A stretch of 64,000 nucleotides of DNA, from positions 2,693-66,692 of the forward strand of contig DATDNK010000342.1 of NCBI GenBank assembly GCA_036518275.1, given 5' to 3'. Of the stretch, positions 8,950 to 18,955 are shown one piece after another (the first letter of the stretch is position 1; the number at the start of each line of letters is the position of its first letter). The position numbers and the translations under genes were made by a program. This DNA comes from Candidatus Acidiferrum sp. GTDB lineage: Bacteria > Acidobacteriota > Terriglobia > Acidiferrales > UBA7541. Under the pieces are notes generated by a model. That model worked only from the letters and a program-made list of their open reading frames with translations, ran no database searches and was not told the origin of the DNA.

Positions 8950-9201
8950 GTATTTTCTCTGGATTTTTGATGCCGCACTGTGTTGTTAAGTTGGTTGTTT
9001 TTAATTAGTTAGCTAAATACCAGTGAGATTGGCTCCCCCTTGGGCTTTCAATGGCGGTAGCTTGCCGAAAGTCGACTGGATACCTTTACCGAAGCAAGAA
9101 GCTTGGGCTGACAGGGGAAACTAGCCCAACTTGGATTGATTGCAGTGCGCGCCCTTCGTCCCTCGCGTGAAACTTCTTCCGATTTGTAGGGAGGCCTTGT
9201 A

Positions 9202-9975
9202 ATGAGTGAACAGAAGAGCATTGTAGTTGTCGGTCTGGGCGAGGTCGGCCGCCCCCTGCTCGAACTTCTTTCGAAACGCTACTGTGTGGTGGGAGTCGAT
9301 ATAGCGCCACCCAGCGGGCCAGTAGGCCAGGTTGATGTTCTGCATATCTGCTTTCCATTCGAGATCAGAGATTTTGTGGGTGAGGTGGTTCGTTATATTG
9401 AGCTTTTCAAACCCTCAGTGACTGTGATTAACAGCACCGTGGGTGTAGGGACGACGCGCAAGATCGCACAAAGAACAGGCACCGCCGTAGTACACAGCCC
9501 AGTGCGCGGAAAACATGTGCGGATGTTGGAGGAACTCAGCCGCTATACGAAATTCATTGGCGCCCTGGATGAAACGGTCGGCAGGCGTGTCGCTGAACAT
9601 TTTACAGGGGCAGGGATGAAGACAAGAATTCTCTCGACTCCAGAGGCAAGCGAACTCGCCAAATTGACCGAAACCACTTACTTTGGCTTGCTGATTAGCT
9701 GGGCTCAGGAGCTGGAGAGATACTGCGATCAATCAGGGGCATCTTACGACGAGATCATTGCCTTTTACGATGAGGTTTCGTTCTTTCCTTCCACCAAGTA
9801 CTTCCCCGGCGTCATCGGTGGACACTGCGTGATGCCTAACATCGACATCCTGCTCAAGTTTGACGACTCCGAATTGCTAAAGGCAATCCAGTCTTCCAAT
9901 CGAGCCAAGATTGAGCGCGAAGCGGCAAAGAAAACCTCCGACCTTGCTATGAGCGTCGCGAGTTCGATGCGCTGA
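9202..9975 (+). CDS. Short UDP-glucose/GDP-mannose dehydrogenase-family protein (lacks the C-terminal UDP-binding domain)
   Basis: 'VVVGLGEVG', 'INSTVGVGTT', 'SELAKLTETTY', catalytic 'IGGHCV'. RBS GGGAGG. Confidence 0.82.
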   Translation: MSEQKSIVVVGLGEVGRPLLELLSKRYCVVGVDIAPPSGPVGQVDVLHICFPFEIRDFVGEVVRYIELFKPSVTVINSTVGVGTTRKIAQRTGTAVVHSPVRGKHVRMLEELSRYTKFIGALDETVGRRVAEHFTGAGMKTRILSTPEASELAKLTETTYFGLLISWAQELERYCDQSGASYDEIIAFYDEVSFFPSTKYFPGVIGGHCVMPNIDILLKFDDSELLKAIQSSNRAKIEREAAKKTSDLAMSVASSMR

Positions 9976-10041
9976 AACGCCATCGGCCCGGGGCGACTCG
10001 ACAGCATAATTTTTCTTCATCATATCCTAGCCATATCTTGC

Positions 10042-11298
10042 ATGACTCAAATCTCTAGTACTGTCTCCGGTGTCCATTCCGAGGTTACGTCTAACAGCAT
10101 GCGCTTTGCAGGGAAGCGCATCGCTATGGTCACCTTTTCTCCCTATCCTTTCGACCCTCGGCCACGCCGTGCCATTGACGCTCTTTTGAAAGAGGGAGCC
10201 AGCATCGATCTGATTTGTCTAGGAAACGATAATCAACCCGCCCGCGAAAGCCTTGCAGGAGTCGAAGTCCTGCGCGTTCCCCTCAAACATCAGCGGCGCA
10301 GCAAACTCGGCTACGCTTTTCGGTACGCTGCGTTCATTATCTATTCGTCAGTGGTCTTTGCGCTTCGAACTCTTGCCCACCGCTACGATCTGGTTTACGT
10401 ACACAACATGCCGGACATCCTAGTGGCTAGCGCGCTGATCCCGAAGCTGCTCGGCGCCAGGGTTGTACTCGACTTACATGACCCTATGCCGGAACTCATG
10501 ACCACGATCTTTCGTGCCAAACCGGAAGGCGGGAGTGTTCAACTTTTGAAGCGATTGGAGAAGTGGAGTATCGCGCGCGCGGATCTGGTGATTACCGTCA
10601 ATATCGCATGCCAACGCATTTTCTCGAATCGCAGCTGCGGGCCGGAAAAGGTTGCAGTGGTCATGAATTCTCCCGACGGAAGAATCTTCCCATTTCGGCC
10701 GTCGCGGCAGGCTGACTTCGATGGTACGCGTGAGAATAAGCCGTTTATCATCATGTATCACGGTTCTCTGGTTGAGCGGAACGGCCTGGAGGTTGCCATT
10801 GATGCGCTCGAGCGCGTCAGGAAGGCTGTTCCAGCGGCAGAACTCCATATTTTTGGTCCGAGAACAGACTTTCTGGACCTGATGATGAACAAAGCTCGAG
10901 CCAAGAAGCTTGACAGTGTAATCCGTTATTTCGGACCGAAGCGGCTGGAAGAACTGGTGACGGAAATTGATGAGTGTGATCTGGGCGTGATTCCCAACCA
11001 TCGGAACGCATTTACGGAAATCAACACGCCGACGCGAATCTTCGAGTATCTTGCACTAGGCAAGCCGGTGATCGCACCTTCTACGCCGGGCATTTTGGAT
11101 TACTTCAGCAAAGAATCCTTATTGTTCTTCGAACCTGGCAACCCGGACGACCTGGCGCAACAAATCGAGTATGCCTTCTCTCACCCCGATGAGTTGTTCG
11201 AGGTCGCCCGAAAGGGGCAAGAAGTCTTTCTTGAACACACCTGGGACCGCGAGAGAGAAACCCTTCTTAGTCGTATCAATAGCGTTCTCTGCCATTAG
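10042..11298 (+). CDS. GT4-family glycosyltransferase
   Basis: 'VHNMPD', 'LDLHDPMPEL', 'YHGSLVERNG', 'PTRIFEYLALGKPVI'. Confidence 0.9.
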   Translation: MTQISSTVSGVHSEVTSNSMRFAGKRIAMVTFSPYPFDPRPRRAIDALLKEGASIDLICLGNDNQPARESLAGVEVLRVPLKHQRRSKLGYAFRYAAFIIYSSVVFALRTLAHRYDLVYVHNMPDILVASALIPKLLGARVVLDLHDPMPELMTTIFRAKPEGGSVQLLKRLEKWSIARADLVITVNIACQRIFSNRSCGPEKVAVVMNSPDGRIFPFRPSRQADFDGTRENKPFIIMYHGSLVERNGLEVAIDALERVRKAVPAAELHIFGPRTDFLDLMMNKARAKKLDSVIRYFGPKRLEELVTEIDECDLGVIPNHRNAFTEINTPTRIFEYLALGKPVIAPSTPGILDYFSKESLLFFEPGNPDDLAQQIEYAFSHPDELFEVARKGQEVFLEHTWDRERETLLSRINSVLCH

Positions 11299-11326
11299 GC
11301 AAATGGCGCAAGGAAACTAGAATCGA

Positions 11327-12274
11327 ATGAAAAGAATCGCGCTAGTGACCGGAGCAGAGGGATTCATTGGATCGCACATGGTTGGGTTCCTGGCGCGCAG
11401 AGGCTGGAATGTCATCGGTACCCATTTGAATGCAGCTCCTGCTTCGATTCCGAAACTCTCGCGCCTTCATTTGACCAGATGTGACCTTCGGGATGGGCAG
11501 CGAGTGACGCACGTTGTAGCGCAATATCAACCAACTCATATCTTTCACTTTGGTGCTCAGAGTCTGCCCACAGACTCCTGGGCTGATCCCGTCACGACGT
11601 TTGAAACAAACATCATGGGTTCCTTGCATCTGTTTGAGGCAGTTCGGTACCTCAAACGGCCGTCGATTGTGGTTTCGGCATGTTCCAGCGCGGAATACGG
11701 CTACGTGGCTGGCGCCGATATGCCCGTTAAGGAAGAACACTCCCTGCGACCACTGCACCCATACGGAATCAGCAAAGTTTGCTTGGATCTTTTGGCACGC
11801 GAGTATTATCTCGATCACAAAATTCCGGCGGTAAACGTCCGGCTGTTCAACACCACCGGCCCGGGGAAGACTAACGATGCGCCTTCTGATTTCGTGAGAC
11901 AACTTGTGCGCATCAAAAAGGGTTTGCAGGCTCCTATCATCGAAGTAGGAAATTTAAAACCTCGCCGGGCATTCTTGGATGTGCAGGACACGGTGCGTGG
12001 ATTTTATCTTGCGGCCATGAAAGGAAAACGGGGCGAGGCGTATAACCTCTGCGCCGACAGGACCTATCCCATCCACGAGGTCCTACGAACGGCACTGCGT
12101 TTGTCCGGCGTTAAGGCGAAGATTCGACCTGTGACGCGCCTGATGCGGCCCTCGGACGAAAAGATTATCTTTGGCAGCACCCAAAAGATTCGCCGGGACA
12201 CAGGCTGGAAGCCGATATGCTCACTCGAGCACACTCTCAGTTCGATGCTGGAGCACTGGCAAGCCGTTTTGTGA
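11327..12274 (+). CDS. Extended SDR of the Gmd/Rmd group (GDP-sugar dehydratase or 4-keto reductase)
   Basis: 'LVTGAEGFIGSH', 'HFGAQS', 'SSAEYG', 'PYGISK', 'VGNLKPRRAFLDV', 'RLMRPSD'. Confidence 0.85.
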   Translation: MKRIALVTGAEGFIGSHMVGFLARRGWNVIGTHLNAAPASIPKLSRLHLTRCDLRDGQRVTHVVAQYQPTHIFHFGAQSLPTDSWADPVTTFETNIMGSLHLFEAVRYLKRPSIVVSACSSAEYGYVAGADMPVKEEHSLRPLHPYGISKVCLDLLAREYYLDHKIPAVNVRLFNTTGPGKTNDAPSDFVRQLVRIKKGLQAPIIEVGNLKPRRAFLDVQDTVRGFYLAAMKGKRGEAYNLCADRTYPIHEVLRTALRLSGVKAKIRPVTRLMRPSDEKIIFGSTQKIRRDTGWKPICSLEHTLSSMLEHWQAVL

Positions 12275-12284
12275 TTGCAATTCC

Positions 12285-13091
12285 ATGAACACCGAAGCCA
12301 TCACTGGGCGGAGATATGGGGCCCCCTGGGGGCCTATTCCCGCGGTCCTACTCGTGGGCGGCATGGGAACGCGTCTGCAATCGGTGCTGCCGTCCACGCC
12401 TAAACCTCTTGCTCCAGTTGGCGAATTGCCCTTTCTTGAGCTTCTGGTTTTGCAGCTTCGCTCGCAGGGTATTCGTTATTTGGTGATGTGTACCGGTTAT
12501 CGCGCAGAACAGGTCGAGCAGGAGTTCGGCGACGGCAAAAAGTGGAGTGTGACGATTGAGTATTCGCGCGAGACACGCCCGTTGGGAACCGCTGGCGCGT
12601 TGAAATTAGCGGAACCTTTCCTTCGGAGTGCGACTGATTTCCTGGTGATGAATGGCGATTCATTTCTGGAATTCGATTACCCTGAGTTGCTTCGTTTTCA
12701 CCAGCAGCATGGCGGAGTGGCCAGCATCGCCGTGCGTGGTGTTCCGGATGCGAGCCGGTACGGAGCCGTGCAGTTCGATGCGCATCATAGAGTCACGGGT
12801 TTCTGCGAGAAAAAGATCTCCAGGTCACCCGGCATGGTGAACGGCGGCGTGTATCTATTCCGCCGCAATGTGTTGGAGTACCTCCCAAATGGTCCGGCTA
12901 GCCTAGAGAAGGACGTCTTTCCACGCTTGCTCGATCACGGCGTGTATGCAGCGGAGCAGGAAGGGATATTTATTGACATTGGGACGCCTGATGACTACGC
13001 GCGCGCCCAATCGCTTCACCAGAGCCTTTGGGAGGCAGCTCTCTCTGACCGCTCTTGTGGGGTCCCCGAACGGCATTCGGAACGACGTTAA
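12285..13091 (+). CDS. hddC: Heptose-1-phosphate guanylyltransferase-like nucleotidyltransferase (HddC/GmhD)
   Basis: 'LLVGGMGTRL', 'PKPLAPV', 'PLGTAGAL', 'MNGDSF', 'SLEKDVFP', 'FIDIGTPDDY'. Adjacent to gmhB and hddA. Start set at the ATG 12285. Confidence 0.8.
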   Translation: MNTEAITGRRYGAPWGPIPAVLLVGGMGTRLQSVLPSTPKPLAPVGELPFLELLVLQLRSQGIRYLVMCTGYRAEQVEQEFGDGKKWSVTIEYSRETRPLGTAGALKLAEPFLRSATDFLVMNGDSFLEFDYPELLRFHQQHGGVASIAVRGVPDASRYGAVQFDAHHRVTGFCEKKISRSPGMVNGGVYLFRRNVLEYLPNGPASLEKDVFPRLLDHGVYAAEQEGIFIDIGTPDDYARAQSLHQSLWEAALSDRSCGVPERHSERR

Positions 13092-13095
13092 ATCT

Positions 13096-13680
13096 ATGGC
13101 CAAGCCCGCTGCATTCCTGGATCGCGACGGCGTTATTAATCAAGAAGCTTCCGAAGGCCAATATGTAACGCGCTGGGAAGATTTCCGTGTTCTTCCGGGA
13201 GTAGTCGAAGGTATTGCCCAGTTAAATCGAGCCGGACTTTCCGTCATCGTGGTCACCAACCAGCGTTGTGTGGCAAAAGGTCTGATATCCGAGGTCGAGT
13301 TACAGAAGTTGCATCAAAAAATGATTGAATATTTTGCGGAAGCAGGCGCCACAATCGATGCCATTTATTACTGCCCGCACGCAGTTGAACCGCCCTGCCT
13401 TTGCCGCAAGCCGGCTCCAGGCATGTTACTGGAAGCAGCCCGCACACATGGCTTGGATCTAGCTGCATCGTGGATGATGGGCGACTCCGAAAGTGATATT
13501 CAAGCCGGCAAGAAAGCTGGGTGCAGAACCATTCGTTTGTCTCGGAAGGAACCAGCAAACGGAAAGACGACGATTACAAGCACTCTGTCCGACGACGCTG
13601 ATGTTGTTGCGACTTCGCTGCTTGAGGCCGTCCGAAAGATTCTTCCGTCAGGCAATCCTCAAAAGGAAATCAGAGTATGA
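13096..13680 (+). CDS. gmhB: D,D-heptose 1,7-bisphosphate phosphatase (HAD IIIA)
   Basis: 'AFLDRDGVIN', 'VVTNQ', zinc motif 'YCPH...CLCRKPAPGML', 'MGDSESDIQAG'. Start set at the ATG 13096. Confidence 0.9.
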   Translation: MAKPAAFLDRDGVINQEASEGQYVTRWEDFRVLPGVVEGIAQLNRAGLSVIVVTNQRCVAKGLISEVELQKLHQKMIEYFAEAGATIDAIYYCPHAVEPPCLCRKPAPGMLLEAARTHGLDLAASWMMGDSESDIQAGKKAGCRTIRLSRKEPANGKTTITSTLSDDADVVATSLLEAVRKILPSGNPQKEIRV

Positions 13681-14738
13681 TTATCACACGCACTCCACTC
13701 CGCATCTCCTTCTTCGGAGGAGGAACAGACTATCCCGTCTGGTATCGCGAGTTTGGCGGAGCTGTTTTATCCACGGCTATCGATAAGTGCTGCTATATCA
13801 CCTGTAGGCGTCTTCCTCCTTTCTTCGAATACCATAGCCGTGTTTCCTATTCGAGAGTAGAAAACGTCGAGCAGAACAGCGCGATCGAGCATCCCTCGGT
13901 GCGTGGGTGCCTGCAGTTCATGGGAATCGACGAAGGCGTCGAGATTCACCACGTCGCGGACCTTCCCGCGCGAACCGGCTTGGGCACGAGCTCGGCTTTT
14001 ACCGTAGGGCTCCTGCTTGGCCTGTATGCGCTGCGGGAGCAGATGCGCAATAAACATGCTCTGGCTAACGATGCCATCCATGTCGAGCAGGATATCCTCA
14101 AAGAAGCTGTCGGGTCGCAGGACCAGATCAGCGCCGCCTACGGGGGATTTAATCGAGTCAACTTCAACGTGGATGGCAGTTTTGAGGTCAAACAGCTTCT
14201 GATACCTGCGGCCAGGCTCGCGGCGCTCCAACAACATTGTGCACTCTTCTTCACCGGGTTTTCCCGGACGGCTTCAGAGATCGCCAAGGAACAGATCAAA
14301 GTGACGCCCAAGCGGAAGAAGGAGCTCGAGTCGATGCATCAGATGGTGGATGAAGCGGAAGCGATCGTGATCGACCCGAATCGCTCGCTCGACGAATTCG
14401 GCCATTTGTTGCATGAATCCTGGCAGATCAAGAGAACGCTTACGCAGAATATAACCAACAACAGCCTTGATGAAATTTATGAAGCCGGCCGCAGTGCCGG
14501 CGCTCTGGGCGGCAAGCTTCTTGGAGCCGGCGGCGGCGGATTCATGCTGTTCTTCGTTTCGCCAGAGCGGCGCAAGGAATTGCGGATGAGACTAAAGAAT
14601 TTGCTGTGTGTGCCGTTTTCATTTTGCAATCGAGGCAGCCACGTTCTCGTACACGAGCCGGATGAAGTATACGACAAGTCGCTGGCCTTAGAACGGTGCG
14701 AAGTGTATGCACAAGCACCGTCCAACGGCACGTGCTAG
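13677..14738 (+). CDS. hddA: D-glycero-alpha-D-manno-heptose-7-phosphate kinase (GHMP family)
   Basis: 'MIITRTPLRISFFGGGTDYP', 'DLPARTGLGTSSAF', 'VGSQDQ', 'GGKLLGAGGGGF'. Confidence 0.9.
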   Translation: MIITRTPLRISFFGGGTDYPVWYREFGGAVLSTAIDKCCYITCRRLPPFFEYHSRVSYSRVENVEQNSAIEHPSVRGCLQFMGIDEGVEIHHVADLPARTGLGTSSAFTVGLLLGLYALREQMRNKHALANDAIHVEQDILKEAVGSQDQISAAYGGFNRVNFNVDGSFEVKQLLIPAARLAALQQHCALFFTGFSRTASEIAKEQIKVTPKRKKELESMHQMVDEAEAIVIDPNRSLDEFGHLLHESWQIKRTLTQNITNNSLDEIYEAGRSAGALGGKLLGAGGGGFMLFFVSPERRKELRMRLKNLLCVPFSFCNRGSHVLVHEPDEVYDKSLALERCEVYAQAPSNGTC

Positions 14739-14815
14739 CGCGTCAGATGATTCGCAGCATGTCTTCCTTAACTTGAAATCCGCAGCGACAGTTTAGTTTG
14801 TCCCTTCCGCGCCCG

Positions 14816-15763
14816 ATGGTGACTAGCATGGACAAAAATGATGCGTCGAATTACCTGCCTTACGTTCTCATTAGCCCTGCTCGTAATGAGGAGAAATTCA
14901 TCGAGAAGGTTATTCAGTCGGTGATCCACCAGACGGTGTTGCCTTGCAAGTGGGTAATTGTGAATGATGGCTCTACGGACGCGACTCAAGACATTGTGTC
15001 CCGATATCTAGCGAAATATGAATGGATAGAGCTCTTGAATCTATCTCCGCATAGAGACCGGAGCTTCGCTGCGAAAGTCTTTGCGTTCAATGCGGGCTTT
15101 GAAAGAATCAAGGATTTGGACTATGAAGTTGTCGGCAATCTTGATTCGGACCTTTCCTTTGATGACCCGGACTACTTTGCTTTTTTGATGAAAAAGTTCG
15201 AAGAAGACCGCAATCTCGGGGTTGCCGGAACTATTTTCCGCGAAGAGGGCTACAGTTCAGCGACAGATAGTTTTGAAGGACAGAACCACGTCGCAGGAGG
15301 CTGCCAGCTCTTTCGGCGTCGGTGCTTCCAAGATATCGGTGGATATGTTCCCAATAAAGCAGGCGGCATCGATTGGATTGCGGTCACCAGCGCTCGAATG
15401 AAGGGTTGGAAGACGCGATCCTTTCGCGAGAAATTCTTCTTTCACTATCGAAGTTTGGGCACTGCGGAGCGTTCTCTCCTTTCATCTGCATTTTCCTACG
15501 GCGAGAAGGACTATTACCTTGGCAATTCCCCACTGTGGGAGGCATTCAGGGTTTTATACCGATTGACAAAGAAGCCGCGTCTTTCCGGTGGCATTGCCTT
15601 ATTTTTGGGCTATTTCTCCGCATTTCTTCGCCGAATGGAGAGACCCGTGTCCGACGAACTCATGCGCTTTCACCGCAAAGAGGAGTTAATGAAGCTGAAG
15701 CAGATATTCAAGTCGCTGGTGACGCTCAAGAGGATCGACAGTTTTGAGGTCAAGCCAACTTAA
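14816..15763 (+). CDS. GT2-family glycosyltransferase
   Basis: 'YVLISPARNEE', 'IVNDGSTD', 'NLDSD', 'GGIDW'. Start is 14816 or 14828. Confidence 0.9.
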   Translation: MVTSMDKNDASNYLPYVLISPARNEEKFIEKVIQSVIHQTVLPCKWVIVNDGSTDATQDIVSRYLAKYEWIELLNLSPHRDRSFAAKVFAFNAGFERIKDLDYEVVGNLDSDLSFDDPDYFAFLMKKFEEDRNLGVAGTIFREEGYSSATDSFEGQNHVAGGCQLFRRRCFQDIGGYVPNKAGGIDWIAVTSARMKGWKTRSFREKFFFHYRSLGTAERSLLSSAFSYGEKDYYLGNSPLWEAFRVLYRLTKKPRLSGGIALFLGYFSAFLRRMERPVSDELMRFHRKEELMKLKQIFKSLVTLKRIDSFEVKPT

Positions 15764-15770
15764 TTTGAAC

Positions 15771-17048
15771 ATGGCAAGAGTAGAAAAGAAAAGCGAAGAC
15801 GTGCGCGAGGCTGCGCTTCGGTTTGTGGCCTGGCTCGATCGCTACGGTGAGACGTCGTACGATCATCAGAGCTATTTTGCGGGCGAACTGGGACGCCGCG
15901 CCAAAGCTCTGTACTATCAGAAACCGCTGCTGGGCACCCTCGCGGTCTCCCCGATGATCTTCTCGGAGGCCTTTATTCCGTCAGCGCGGCGACTTTTCTG
16001 GAAGCCACAGCGATTTCCCATAGCCGACGCGCACTATGCGATGGGCTTTGCCTTCCTTGCCGAGGCGTACAAGCAAGACTCGTATCTCCAGAGGGCCATT
16101 CATTTCCTGGAAGTTCTCAAAGCGACCCGTTGCAAGGGTTTTCGCCATTATTGTTGGGGCTACCCCTTCGACTGGGAAACGAGGACTGGAACCTATCGGG
16201 AAGGAACGCCCATGATCACCTCCGTGCCCTACATGTACGAGGCGTTCCGCCAGGTAAACCAGCTTGACGGGAATTCTGAGTGGTTGGAAATCATGCAATC
16301 CATCGCTGAGCACGCCTTTGGGGACTATCAGGATTATGAGGTCTCGCCTGATGCTTCCACTTGTTCCTACACTCCCGGAATGGGCAATACACAAGGCGTC
16401 ATAAATGCGAGTGCGTACCGGGCATTTCTCCTGACAAGGGCAGCATTCGATTTCTCAGAGGACAAATACAGAAAGGTGGCAGAGAGAAATCTCAACTTTG
16501 TGATCGAATCTCAGAATCTGAATGGGTCCTGGTATTACTCGACCGACACTGTGAGGGATTTCGTCGACCACTTTCATACCTGCTTCGTGCTGAAGGCTCT
16601 TGCAAAGATAGAGCAGCTCACAGGATCTCCGCAGTGCCGGCGCGCCATCGAGCGGGGCGTCAACTATTACGTAAGGAATTTGTTCGACGCGAATGGACTG
16701 CCGAAGCCATTTTCCAAACCGCCAAGAATGACGGTGTACCGGCGGGAACTCTACGACTATGCGGAATGCATCAATTTGAGCGTTTTGCTGCAGGGCCGGT
16801 TCCCGGAGTTAGACAGGATCTTATCCTTGGTGCTCAGCGACCTGCTGCAACGTTGGCAGAAATCCGATGGCTCATTTCGAGCGCGCGAACTGTTGTTTGG
16901 TTGGGACAATGTTCCGATGCATCGGTGGGCTCAGTCTCAGCTGTTTCGCAGTCTGTGTTTCTTTCTGGTTAAAAATCAAACCAATTCACAAAATGGCAAT
17001 TCCAGTGATGCGGTGCTCTCTCTCCAATCAAAAGCGACGGACCAGTAA
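15771..17048 (+). CDS. Conserved hypothetical (alpha/alpha)-barrel protein of EPS loci
   Basis: 'CWGYPFDW', 'CSYTP', 'QNLNGSWYY', 'VDHFHTCFVL', 'WQKSDGSF', 'HRWAQS': QW-like helical repeats. Confidence 0.75.
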   Translation: MARVEKKSEDVREAALRFVAWLDRYGETSYDHQSYFAGELGRRAKALYYQKPLLGTLAVSPMIFSEAFIPSARRLFWKPQRFPIADAHYAMGFAFLAEAYKQDSYLQRAIHFLEVLKATRCKGFRHYCWGYPFDWETRTGTYREGTPMITSVPYMYEAFRQVNQLDGNSEWLEIMQSIAEHAFGDYQDYEVSPDASTCSYTPGMGNTQGVINASAYRAFLLTRAAFDFSEDKYRKVAERNLNFVIESQNLNGSWYYSTDTVRDFVDHFHTCFVLKALAKIEQLTGSPQCRRAIERGVNYYVRNLFDANGLPKPFSKPPRMTVYRRELYDYAECINLSVLLQGRFPELDRILSLVLSDLLQRWQKSDGSFRARELLFGWDNVPMHRWAQSQLFRSLCFFLVKNQTNSQNGNSSDAVLSLQSKATDQ

Positions 17049-17053
17049 GCCCT

Positions 17054-18943
17054 ATGTGCGGAATATGCGGACAATATAACTTCGGTGACCAAGCGCCTGT
17101 CCGGCGGGCGGACATCGAAGCTATGACCAGATCCATCGTTCATCGAGGTCCGGACGACGAGGGCTATTTTATTGCCGGGCCTCTTGGTTTTGGATTTCGC
17201 CGGCTTTCCATCATTGACCTTTCTGGCGGACACCAACCCATGTCGGATCAGGAACAATCCATTTGGGTGATTTTCAATGGTGAAATCTATAATTTCCCGG
17301 AACTAAAGCGAGAGCTGCAGAGCCACGGCCACGTATTCCGTACCAATTCCGACACGGAAGTCATTATCCACGGATACAAGCAGTGGGGCGATGAGGTGCT
17401 GAACCGCCTGAACGGCATGTTTGGCCTCGCCATCTGGGATGTTTGCCAGAAGCGGCTGGTTGTGGCCCGCGATCCGTTTGGAATCAAGCTCATTTATTAC
17501 CGCATCGGCGGGAATACCTTGTATTTCGGCTCGGAAATGCGTCCTGTCCGTGCGGCTGCACCGGAGAAGGCCGAGATTGACACGACTTCGCTGAATCTCT
17601 TCCTGCGATATCGGTTCACGCCCTCACCTTATACGATACTCAAAGGAGTGCGAAAGCTTGCGCCGGGAACGAAACTAACGGTCCAGAATGGTTCATGCAA
17701 AGTCAGTCGGTGGTATCGATTCGCGCCTGCACGTTTTGCGCCCGAGAAATCGATAGCGGAAGCAAAAGAAGAACTGCTGTCCCTCTATAAGGACGCGATT
17801 AAACGGCAACTCATTAGCGATGTACCGGTGGGATTGCTTTTGAGCGGTGGTATCGATTCCGGTCTGCTGCTTGCGTTGATGAATCTGAACGGGAGTTCTT
17901 GGCCGACCTACACCATTGGATATGGCACAGAGTTCTCCGATGATGAAATGCTGGATGCGGCCGAGACTGCTCGGGTGCTGGGATCGAACCACACAAGCAT
18001 AACCATCACCAAAGCAACCTTTGAAGAGGCGCTGCCTAAGATTGTGGCGGCATTGGAAGAGCCGATTGCTGCTTCGTCCATTGTTCCGATGTATTTCGTC
18101 TGCCAACGAGCCCGCCAGGACGTCAAAGTAGCCCTAGTCGGACAAGGGCCCGATGAATTATTCGGCGGCTATCGTCGTCACCTGGGCGTGCGTTATGGCG
18201 CGCTCTGGGGGGCCTTGCCTGGCTGGTTGCGAACACCGATCTCCTCGGCGGTTACTGCGCTGCCCAGAAATGAAACTTTGAAACGAGGCATACACTCTCT
18301 GGCGATTCCCGATCGAATGCGCCGGTATCAAAGTGTTTTCTCGCTTCTGCCTGGGGAACAAGTCGAAGGACTGTTTCAGGACGGACTTTTGTCTCCTGAT
18401 GCGGGGGACACCATCCTCACATGCTGGCAGGATATGAGCGAGCTTATGGAAGGAACCGATGAATTAGGTGGGCTCCAGTTCCTGGAAGTGCGCTCCACGC
18501 TCCCCGATGAACTTTTGATGTATGCGGACAAGCTTTCCATGGCTCACGGTCTCGAACTTCGCGTGCCTTTCGTCGACAAAGAAATCGTGGAATATGTCGA
18601 GCGATTACCGGCCAGTCTTAAAGTGAGGAATGGCTCACGGAAATGGCTGCACCGCCAGGTCTGCCGAACGTTCCTGCCCGAGTCGATCGTGAAACGGCCG
18701 AAACGGGGATTCGCCGTAAATGTCGTGGATGACTGGTTCCGGGGCGCAATGAACAACAGAATGAAGGATGCATTGCTCGATGGCGGATCTCGAATCTTCC
18801 AATATTTTCGTCCGCAGGCCGTGCGCGAGTTATTCGAACAGCACGCTGCCGGACGAAACGATAATCATAAAGTGCTTTTTAGCCTTGTGGTGTTTGAAGA
18901 ATGGCTCCGGGCGCATGAAGAGCCTGTCGTCGCCCTGACTTGA
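17054..18943 (+). CDS. asnB: Asparagine synthase (glutamine-hydrolysing)-type amidotransferase
   Basis: N-terminal 'MCGICG', 'HRGPD', 'RRLSIID', 'FNGEIYN', 'LLSGGIDS', 'GPDELFGGY', 'LELRVPF'. Confidence 0.93.
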   Translation: MCGICGQYNFGDQAPVRRADIEAMTRSIVHRGPDDEGYFIAGPLGFGFRRLSIIDLSGGHQPMSDQEQSIWVIFNGEIYNFPELKRELQSHGHVFRTNSDTEVIIHGYKQWGDEVLNRLNGMFGLAIWDVCQKRLVVARDPFGIKLIYYRIGGNTLYFGSEMRPVRAAAPEKAEIDTTSLNLFLRYRFTPSPYTILKGVRKLAPGTKLTVQNGSCKVSRWYRFAPARFAPEKSIAEAKEELLSLYKDAIKRQLISDVPVGLLLSGGIDSGLLLALMNLNGSSWPTYTIGYGTEFSDDEMLDAAETARVLGSNHTSITITKATFEEALPKIVAALEEPIAASSIVPMYFVCQRARQDVKVALVGQGPDELFGGYRRHLGVRYGALWGALPGWLRTPISSAVTALPRNETLKRGIHSLAIPDRMRRYQSVFSLLPGEQVEGLFQDGLLSPDAGDTILTCWQDMSELMEGTDELGGLQFLEVRSTLPDELLMYADKLSMAHGLELRVPFVDKEIVEYVERLPASLKVRNGSRKWLHRQVCRTFLPESIVKRPKRGFAVNVVDDWFRGAMNNRMKDALLDGGSRIFQYFRPQAVRELFEQHAAGRNDNHKVLFSLVVFEEWLRAHEEPVVALT

Positions 18944-18955
18944 GGATTTGAGTTA

